Made by a program: the position numbers and the translations under genes. Shown here in pieces: positions 20,039 to 28,900 of a stretch of DNA of 64,000 nucleotides. How positions within the stretch are numbered: the first letter of the stretch is position 1; each line of letters opens with the position of its first letter. Below the pieces are notes generated by a model, which saw nothing but the letters and a program-made list of their open reading frames with translations, searched no databases and was not told the DNA's origin. Location: positions 992,001 to 1,056,000 of the forward strand of contig CAXXMV010000008.1 of assembly GCA_963662285.2 (NCBI GenBank). Direction: 5' to 3'. This DNA is from a bacterium. GTDB taxonomy: Bacteria; Hinthialibacterota; Hinthialibacteria; Hinthialibacterales; Hinthialibacteraceae.

Positions 20039-22291
20039 TTAGTTCAACATCCAGTCAAGAACCGCCGTAGGAGCGGTGGGACCCGCTTTGAGGTTGTCGA
20101 ACCGGGCGTGATTCATATATAGCATGTCGCTCAATGCGTCGCTGTAGCAAGCGCGGTAATGCAATCCAGCCGGACCGAAGGGATAGTCGCCGTCATTGAT
20201 TTCGGCGATTGGTGCGCCATCCACCAGGAAGGATACTTTGCCATTCAAGTATTCGATGCGGAAACGATGCCATCCGCTGTCGGTCAAAGTTACCCGCGCG
20301 AAATCTTCGGCGAATCCTTCGGTGCGGTTGATAACATGAACCTTGCTGTTGCCGGGGGCGTACTTGCGGGCGATGATGTCGCCGCTGTCGGTTTCAAAAG
20401 AAATAGCATAGCCGCCGGAACTGCGGTAGGTATTGCTGTCGCCCAGAGCGTCCATCGACGGTTTGTCAGGATTGAAAACGCTGCAATGCACTGCCAATGA
20501 AATACGGTCGAACATATTCTCCGGCGCATCAAAACGAACATCGCAATATGCGTCGACTTCGACGAAATAATTGGCGTCGGCGTTCTGTCCGAAGGCCAGC
20601 ATATCCCAACTAAAGAAACCACCCACTTCCAGCGCATAACTTGGGCTGGTCGCTCCTTCAAGCGTGTTGGGTTCAATATAATAGAGAACTGTTTCATCGC
20701 CGGCAGCGTCAGGGAAATTGACCTGATAGAAAGTATCCTGAGTAACATCGATTATCGGCCGGACATCGCCTGCTTCTTCGTGTCCCCATTCACGCGAACC
20801 GCGATAAACTATTTCTGGATTCAAACCGCTTGGGTCGAATTGATCGGCGATAGCGTTATCTTCCAGACTATTGAAGAGACTGGGTATAGCGCTGAAATCC
20901 TGAGTATAGGCGTCGCCGAACATGGTAACGGTTTCCGCAGCCGGATCGAAATCGTAATATTTGGCTATAGGTCCGACGCGGTATTGCTTGCCCTGTTGCA
21001 GGTCGTTAAACGAATAGGCGCCCGACTCATCAGTGACCGTCTGATACACTGAATTCTGATCTATGGCGAATACCATAACGCCAGCTAGAGGTTGATCTGC
21101 TTCGGTGATGGTTCCTGTGATAGAAGCGGCGGCCTGCTGGCTGACGAACTGAACGTCATCTACATAGAAGGTTGCGACTTGATCCACGTCATCGCCCACG
21201 CACATTAAACCCAATGCCACAACATCGTTTTGGTTGGCGTCGGGAGTATCCGTACCGTATCCTGCGTCCCATTCCTCTTCGCCAAAGGCATCGAGCGAGA
21301 GGGTGAGTTTCTGCCAACTGGCGTTAGTGGTGTAATCGTTGGGCAGCGCGAATCGCAGAGCGCGTCCCTGGCTATCGTACAAAAAGACGGTGAAAGTCAA
21401 CTGACCGGGAGTCACGTTGGCGTCGCCGTAAAACCACATTTCCACCGCCGCGAATTTTGAAAGACTCAAGGCGCCTGCTTCAAAATCCTTGCGAACCGTG
21501 TTATGCCACCATTTTTCCGGCAGATCAACGTCCATCAATAAACAACCGGAACCCTGGGGCGAGGGATTCTGATCATCTATCGAGATAAACAGACCGTCGG
21601 GGCCGCCCGCCTTGCTGAATTGCCACACTGTGTTGAGATCGTCGTTGTTGGCGTAACCGTCAAACGCATCGACTACCATGCTTTCAGGTTTGATGTTCAT
21701 TTTGATGTCGTCGACGTAGAAGGTGGCGAACTGTTCAACTTCGTTGCCAACCGTCATCAAGCCAACTGATACGATATCGGTTTTATCGGCGTCAGGCGCG
21801 TCAGTGCCATAACCTGAATCCCACTCTTCTTCGCTGAAGGCGTCCAACGACAGGGTGATTTTCTGCCATTCGGGATTAACGATGTAATCATTGGGTAGCG
21901 CGAATTTCAACACGCGACCTGCGCTGTCATACAGGAAAACATTGAACGCCAGGGCGCCGGGAGTGACGGATGCATCACCAGCGAACTGAAACTGGATATT
22001 GAGATACTCAGAAAGGTCCAATGGGCCTATAGGAATCTCTTTACGAATGATGTTGTGCCACCATTTTTCGGGCATATCGATATCCATAGCCAAACAGTTG
22101 GAACCCTCGATGGCGCCATTGGTCTCCAGCCAGGCGTAAAGACCATCCGGGCCGCCCGCTTTGGAAAACACCCAGTTCTCCTGAACGTCGAAATCGTCGA
22201 TATAGGTTTCGAAATCATCGATGGGCAATGTCTGGGCGTTCACGTTGAACGCCGACATGACCAGCGCTGCAAATAAAATAATCCGGTACAT
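20039..22291 (-). CDS. Secreted modular protein: two tandem CBM11-like domains, carboxypeptidase-regulatory-like Ig domain, C-terminal ConA/LamG-like domain, VxxWxx[YN] C-terminus
   Basis: Signal peptide; two ~185 aa repeats sharing FSKAGGPDGL...PEKWWHN...FYVDD; ITGTITEADQPLAGV...TDESGAYSFNDL; GWHRFRIEY; ends TAVLDWMLN. Confidence 0.7.
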   Translation of the reverse strand: MYRIILFAALVMSAFNVNAQTLPIDDFETYIDDFDVQENWVFSKAGGPDGLYAWLETNGAIEGSNCLAMDIDMPEKWWHNIIRKEIPIGPLDLSEYLNIQFQFAGDASVTPGALAFNVFLYDSAGRVLKFALPNDYIVNPEWQKITLSLDAFSEEEWDSGYGTDAPDADKTDIVSVGLMTVGNEVEQFATFYVDDIKMNIKPESMVVDAFDGYANNDDLNTVWQFSKAGGPDGLFISIDDQNPSPQGSGCLLMDVDLPEKWWHNTVRKDFEAGALSLSKFAAVEMWFYGDANVTPGQLTFTVFLYDSQGRALRFALPNDYTTNASWQKLTLSLDAFGEEEWDAGYGTDTPDANQNDVVALGLMCVGDDVDQVATFYVDDVQFVSQQAAASITGTITEADQPLAGVMVFAIDQNSVYQTVTDESGAYSFNDLQQGKQYRVGPIAKYYDFDPAAETVTMFGDAYTQDFSAIPSLFNSLEDNAIADQFDPSGLNPEIVYRGSREWGHEEAGDVRPIIDVTQDTFYQVNFPDAAGDETVLYYIEPNTLEGATSPSYALEVGGFFSWDMLAFGQNADANYFVEVDAYCDVRFDAPENMFDRISLAVHCSVFNPDKPSMDALGDSNTYRSSGGYAISFETDSGDIIARKYAPGNSKVHVINRTEGFAEDFARVTLTDSGWHRFRIEYLNGKVSFLVDGAPIAEINDGDYPFGPAGLHYRACYSDALSDMLYMNHARFDNLKAGPTAPTAVLDWMLN

Positions 22292-22591
22292 GATATGATA
22301 CTCCTTTTAAATAATGATTAATTCTCTAAGAACATTGTGCTATCACAGAATCAGCAGTAAAGGGTGATGCAAATATGTAAAATCATTATATTATAAATAG
22401 TCAAGCAGGTTGGATAATCAATACCATTTTGGCATAGACAAAAAATATCTAGATACACCAGCCAAAGATGCATAAAAATTATCTAAAGCCTGATCTATCT
22501 CAATACCGAAGCATAAAATCGATATCATTGAGGCGCAAAGTGAAACGCGCCCCATGCTGTTAGAGGATTAAGATAAAGTTAAGAAAGGCCA

Positions 22592-23194
22592 TTATTCGAG
22601 CATGTTGCCCGGTCCAAAAATAGCGATATCGCCAATGCTGATCAATCCATTCGAGGAATCATAGCGCATAGTGTAATCATCCCCATTGCCGCCCGACCAT
22701 AAACCCGGCATCCCGGCATTAGGTCCAAACGATTTCACATACCATTTGGCGGAACATCCTCTTGTCTGGGATTGAGCTACAGCTTCACTCCAAGGAAGAA
22801 ACGGCGGGAAATATCCCCAATAATCATTACATACCGAAGTTCCCCGGCCATCCACTCCAGGAGGAATGGAGAAATAACGGTACCAAGTCCATTGCAACCA
22901 TGCTTCCGGTTGCCCACTCGTATTATCGTGGGGAGGAGGAAAAACATCTTTGGGAATTGAACTGAGATAAGGAACAGGCGTACTCAATAAAGGCAGATAA
23001 TGGCTGGGCGGATAGGCGTTATTATCCAGAAAATATTGCTCTTGCGCCATGCCAATAGCCCGCAGGTCGGATTTACAACGCGCTACTTTCGCGCATATCT
23101 GAGCATTCAAAAAATTGGGAACGGCAATCGCAGCAAGAATGCCAATGATGGCCACAACAATAAGAAGTTCGATTAAGGTAAATCCTCTTTTCAT
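22592..23194 (-). CDS. Prepilin-type N-terminal cleavage/methylation domain protein, paralog of 19340-19963
   Basis: MKRG|FTLIELLIVVAIIGILAAIAVPNFLNAQ; C-terminal YDSSNGLISIGDI. Start placed at ATG 23194. Confidence 0.87.
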   Translation of the reverse strand: MKRGFTLIELLIVVAIIGILAAIAVPNFLNAQICAKVARCKSDLRAIGMAQEQYFLDNNAYPPSHYLPLLSTPVPYLSSIPKDVFPPPHDNTSGQPEAWLQWTWYRYFSIPPGVDGRGTSVCNDYWGYFPPFLPWSEAVAQSQTRGCSAKWYVKSFGPNAGMPGLWSGGNGDDYTMRYDSSNGLISIGDIAIFGPGNMLE

Positions 23195-23643
23195 GATTGA
23201 GTTCTTTCTTAACAATGGAGTTGTTGTACCGGATGTTAACCATACACAAAATATGGATAATAAACGGCTTGATGCATCAAGTCGATTAAAAACGTTTTGC
23301 TGTTACCACAAAATACAATCAGGATATAAAAAAAGGAAGGATATTAGTCAATATTCCCAGGCAGAATAATAAAAACCTCTGAGAGTCGCCTTATAGCGGA
23401 ACAGGCAAGAATTCTAGCGGTGTTCCACGCCAAATGTTAAAGAAATATTTCACTAGATTGTCATCCGCCATTTGGAGTTTTGGATAATTAAAACATATCA
23501 CTAACCTTAACAAAAACAGTTCTCTTATTATATATTGGATAAATGGAAAGATGCATTTTCGACTTTTGTTATATATCTTTATTGAGATCAGTAGGTTATG
23601 GAATGAATATTTCATATATTTTTATAGAGGTGAATAAAGAAAC

Positions 23644-25704
23644 ATGCGAGTTCCCCAAATCATCAAACACTTTAAAAGTATAACGCTATGTCTGTTTTTT
23701 CTGACATTATTACTAGGGATTAATTCCGGCAGATCATTCAGTGACGCAATTAGTAAGAAACAATATAATGATGCAATAAGTCTTCTTAGAAACGGGATGA
23801 GCAAGCAGGATATACCCACTCTAATCGAAGCCAAGAAGATATTTGATGTGATGCCTGACAAGATGCACGGTTCAGGAAATTTTCGCGCCTCGATACTTCC
23901 TTTCGTGGAAAAATGTAATAACGCCCTGATCAACTTTAGTAAAAACGGAATTACTAAAGGCGAAAAAACTCAAGACTGCAAATTATTGCTCGAAATGGAA
24001 AATCATCTTCTGGTCATGAAATCCCTTCAGCGCCCTGAAGATGAGATGACGGAAGCCCGGCAGAGAATTGAAAGAAAATTCAGGGAATCGTATTTGATAC
24101 TTTCCGATCAATGCGACGAACTTATAGCTAAATACTGCCAAAATGGAAATACTTTGCCTTCATCTGCGATTCTCGATATCTGGGGTCCTGATTTTGTTGT
24201 GGATGACGCCAAAATGACATTCCCCTTTACTCTTCACATGAAGCGTGAAAAAACGCTTCCCTGGCAAACAGTCACAGAGGGAGTTACATGGGATATCACT
24301 GTCGCTTCCGCTAAAGCAACCATCGAAGATGGTACTCTTGTGTTGAATGATTCAGGAGCGGATGTCAATCTCATCGTCCATGCTTCCTATCGGGGACGTA
24401 CCAGATCCAAGACGATTGATATTCGCCGGAACTTGAAATTAATCGTTGAAGGCCAACCTGAAATCATGAAAAATTCAGAAAGCCAATACCATTTATTCTC
24501 TGAGGGGAAAAAAATACTGCTTAATGTTGAGTGGTCAGTCAGTCAGAATACCGCCAATGCAACAATCAAGAACGGCATCCTCAGCGTCGGTAATACGAAC
24601 GACAACCAGACGGTATACGTACAAGCGGAGTATATGAAAAACACAGCTACCATCCCGGTGAAAGTCCTGGCTGATGTATCAACCCAGATTGTCGGTCCTT
24701 CCTCACTCCGCCAAGGGGAGCAATTCACTTACCAGTTTCTCTATAAAGGGAGAGAGATCACGGAGGGAGTCAGCTGGTCGATTAAAGATGAATCCGCTGG
24801 AACGATTGATCCCAAAAAAGGAACTCTTTCGATTGTTGATGATAATAAAAAAGAAAGCGTAATAATTATCGCTCAGTATATGGGAACTTCGGTGTTTAAA
24901 ACGATTCAACTTCTGAGTTTTCAGCGATGGGCGATCATATTTGGCGTTACGAATAATGAAAAAAAGCAACTCGTAAAACGGGGATACGCAGACACGGATG
25001 CGGAGAAAATCTATAACTGGGCGACATCAAGCGCGGGAGGCTTTCCTGAAGATCATGTCCTCTATTTAACCGATTCAACGGATACTAAGGCGACTACAGG
25101 TCAGCTGCAAGAAGCATTATTTGAATGGACCAAACAAATCCAACCAGATGATTTTCTCTTGTTCTATTATGCTGGTCATGGTGAAGGCGCTTTTTCAAAG
25201 GTAGAAGAAGAAGGTGCAGAAACTGATCAAATGACAAAAGAACTTTATCTCATAACATATGATACCGATCCACTTGATAAGCCAAATACTGCGTTTCCCA
25301 TGAATCGCGTCAAACAAGCGTTAGCGGAAACCGCTTGCCGTAATATCTTAGTTGTCGCTGATACCTGTTTTTCGGGTGGTATTGGATCTGAATTGTTTCA
25401 ATCCAACCTGGATTTCGCCAACCTCGTAACAGCCAAAGATGGAGTCTCTGTATTTACGGCTGCCGATTCTACTCAATCTTCTTATTTTAAGGGAAATGAA
25501 TGGAACGGAGGGGTATTTACTTATTATTTTGAGAACGGATTAAAAGGGGAAGCAGATTTTGATAATGACTCTCTGGTTACATTAGGTGAAATCACTTATT
25601 TTGTCACCAAAGAGGTGATTGGAGCAAATACCAGTGGACCGCAAACTCCCAAGACCTATGGAAATATTGATCAGACTTTTCCATTGTCGTGGTGTTATGA
25701 ATGA
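23644..25704 (+). CDS. Exported caspase-family (peptidase C14) protein with Ig-like repeats
   Basis: N-terminal hydrophobic segment; three Ig-like repeats (VTWDI/VEWSV/VSWSI...GTL); C-terminal RWAIIFGV, FYYAGHG (His ~25177), VADTCFSG (Cys ~25366), GVFTYYF, ADFDNDSLVTLGE, QTP. Confidence 0.87.
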   Translation: MRVPQIIKHFKSITLCLFFLTLLLGINSGRSFSDAISKKQYNDAISLLRNGMSKQDIPTLIEAKKIFDVMPDKMHGSGNFRASILPFVEKCNNALINFSKNGITKGEKTQDCKLLLEMENHLLVMKSLQRPEDEMTEARQRIERKFRESYLILSDQCDELIAKYCQNGNTLPSSAILDIWGPDFVVDDAKMTFPFTLHMKREKTLPWQTVTEGVTWDITVASAKATIEDGTLVLNDSGADVNLIVHASYRGRTRSKTIDIRRNLKLIVEGQPEIMKNSESQYHLFSEGKKILLNVEWSVSQNTANATIKNGILSVGNTNDNQTVYVQAEYMKNTATIPVKVLADVSTQIVGPSSLRQGEQFTYQFLYKGREITEGVSWSIKDESAGTIDPKKGTLSIVDDNKKESVIIIAQYMGTSVFKTIQLLSFQRWAIIFGVTNNEKKQLVKRGYADTDAEKIYNWATSSAGGFPEDHVLYLTDSTDTKATTGQLQEALFEWTKQIQPDDFLLFYYAGHGEGAFSKVEEEGAETDQMTKELYLITYDTDPLDKPNTAFPMNRVKQALAETACRNILVVADTCFSGGIGSELFQSNLDFANLVTAKDGVSVFTAADSTQSSYFKGNEWNGGVFTYYFENGLKGEADFDNDSLVTLGEITYFVTKEVIGANTSGPQTPKTYGNIDQTFPLSWCYE

Positions 25705-25931
25705 TATAAATAAGTACGTATAAATGCATATTTCAATGATAATTACGTTAATAGTCTTTGATAATACTAAGTTGTTCCTGCCATAAATATTGAGGAGTCT
25801 TCTCTATACATAAAATATTCTGATAAGATAAATGACTTGTGATTCGTAATAAGAGCGTGATTTTTTTTGTTTAGCAAATATTCATGTTATGAAATTGAAA
25901 TTAATTAGCGTAGGATATAAAAAGGGGAAAT

Positions 25932-28900
25932 GTGATGAAATATCGAGTGAATTTTCATTTTATAAAACAATTGATAATCTATGGTACCTATTTAATTTTA
26001 ATTACCTTATCTGCTGGCGCCAAACCAAGAATCGTATTGATTAAGGATTTTCTTAGTGATATAAGTTTGCAAAACGCCGTCTGGCGAGATACCGGACTAC
26101 AGGCATTTGAATTCAGTAGTCGACAAGCGGGAACGGAGCGTGCGGGAACCGGATTTATAAACCATTGTGCGGATATTCATACGAATCCATCAAAGGATCT
26201 CCACTCTTCAATATATGGATCGTATATTATTAATCTCCCCGACCTAAAACGCATTCAATTAGAACTACGTTACGATTTATTCAAAAATGCTAATGGAGTA
26301 TTTAAACATAGTGATTTCTATGTAAAAGTCATTGAAAAAAATGAATTGGGAAAATATCACGCTACTGCGATTTTTCATGATCCGAATCTTGAACAACAAA
26401 CGCAAATAGATTCTATCAAAAAAGAAGAAGACCGTGAATTTACTTCTCACCCATTTATCGTTGACCTTTCTCCTTGGCGAGGGGAGAAACTCATCCGTAT
26501 AGACTTAGTAGTTGATACCCCTTCAGGTATAACTGTTCCATGTCATGGAAGATGGGTGGAAGCAAGCCTGAAGGGAACGACGTTCAACATTGCACTAGGC
26601 GAAGTTCAGAAGATTACTGGCAAGCAGGCTTCCCGTAATTCGAACAATTCTCTTTCTATCAATCCACAACTATTGAGAGACAGTGAAACAGGAGAGCGCC
26701 AGGATATTTCAATCAATGACCTGAGCAATTACCCGGATACGGGTATAACAACGGTGAACCTTAATGGCCGCTGGTTGGCTTATACCCATGCAATAAACTC
26801 ATATAATAACTCCAATAAGAGAGGAACTGTAGTTTTCGATTTATCAAGTTATAGTTCTGAAAACCTTTATACTATTTCGGTTGATGATTTTGCAAAAACT
26901 CTCGTTCGCGGCGAATCATTGCATTCTGCAGAGCCAGCTTTATCGGGGAATCCATTTCTCCTATTCGAACCTTCAGACTATTCTTCTCGAATAGATAATT
27001 ATTACACTGGCGTTTCATCCGCTGTGGTTAATAATTCACAGGTTCATGCATTTCTTAATCTACATGATCGATATCTGAATTTGTCGTATCACAATTGGGA
27101 TTATACGCGTATCGGATATGCACGGTCACAAGATACTTGGGATCATGATGGTTATGAATTTGGAGAAATCTATTCTATCATCGAAGGTTATCAATCTGAA
27201 TCTTCCATAAATGCAACGCGGAATACTTATGGAGTTGGAACGCCATCGGTGATTCAAAAAGGTAATTATTATTATCTTTTTTACACTAGATGGTTGGATC
27301 GAAAATTTATTTCCGATTCGTTAGATTCAATCTGCGTTGCCCGCGCTTATAAAAACGATCTATTTAATTCCAATATTGAAATTTCTACTCAGGCATGGAA
27401 AAAATACTATCTCGGTTCATGGTCAGAAAATGGGATTGGGGGAAAATCAAGCCCTATCCTTAATCAAGGTTGGTCATGGCGGGCGTTTCCTAAAGTACAT
27501 TTCAATACTCACTACAACGAATATGTAATGCTCTGCCTGGGACCAAGCGGCGTCTATATGTATATGACGGATAACCAGGATTTAACGGACTGGGGCTCTT
27601 CGGTTCTCCTTCAAGGCTTGGAATCATATCCTCAAGCGCTCTATCCATCTGTGATTGGACAAGGTGGCAGCGATACAGAATGTGACCAGTACGGGATGTT
27701 GTATTACGCCTATGATACAAACCAGACTCTTGGTGGTCATACTATGGCGCGGCGTCAGATATACTTTGATGGTAAACCTTCACCGCCAGTTGCATCTATA
27801 GATTCTATTAGAATAGATGATGAAAGTGTTCCTGTTGATATTTCACCAATTACTTTAAACGAGGGTAGAAAACTGAAAATCGCTTTCTCTGGATATGATC
27901 CAGGAAATACCAATCCAACCTATACTCATGGATTGAATCCACCGTCAGTACCTGCAATCATCGAAACTTCTGTGAATTCAGAAGGATTTATCACTGGAAC
28001 CTTAACATATACTCCTGGTCAAAACGATGCCGATATACTAGATAATGGTAATGATAGTACTAATGATCCATTTCTCTTCCAATTTAGAGTTACCAATGAG
28101 TTTGAAGAAAGTGTTATTAATATTGTTGTTGATATAATCAACTCAAATCAACCTCCTGTCATCTCGACAACTTATAAAATTCAGGGATCCTATACAACTC
28201 CAATTCCAATTAATGATGGTAATACTATTAATGCGGAAGCCGGGCAAACTTTAGTATTTAATTATCAAGCGGTTGATGAAGATGGCGATGCTATTATGCT
28301 TCCTGAACATCCTATCATATCTGGTCCAGATGATTTAACTTCATCATTAACTGTTACAAATGTCGAAACTAATTCGATCGACTGGTTACTTGTTATCGAA
28401 ATCCCATCAGAAATCAATTTATTAGGTGAAGAGATTACAATTGAGCAGTACGTAGAAGATGAACATAACGTTTTACGCAAAGTAACTTATTACATATATG
28501 TAAAACCTCTTCCACCGACGCCGACGTTCACTTTTACTCCAACGTATGAGCCGCCGACATTTACTCCAACGGCTACTTCAATTCCAACGCCTGAGCCGCC
28601 AACATTTACTCCAACGGCTACTTCAATTCCAACGCCTGAGCCGCCAACATTTACTCCAACGGCCACTTCAACTCCAACGCTTGAGCCGCCAACATTTACT
28701 CCAACGGCCACTTCAACTCCAACGCTTGAGCCGCCAACATTTACTCCAACGGCCACTTCAACTCCAACGCTTAAGCCGCCAACATTTACTCCAACGGCCA
28801 CTTCAACTCCAACGCCTGAGCCGCCAACTCCTACTCCAGAAGTTACATCGAGCGAGCCGGGGGTTTACATAACGACCAAAGAAATCTTACGGCGGTGCAG

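Noticed and set aside
23391-23615. 74 aa minus-strand ORF between the pilin and caspase genes
   Set aside because: AT-rich divergent intergenic region, no recognisable motif or RBS.
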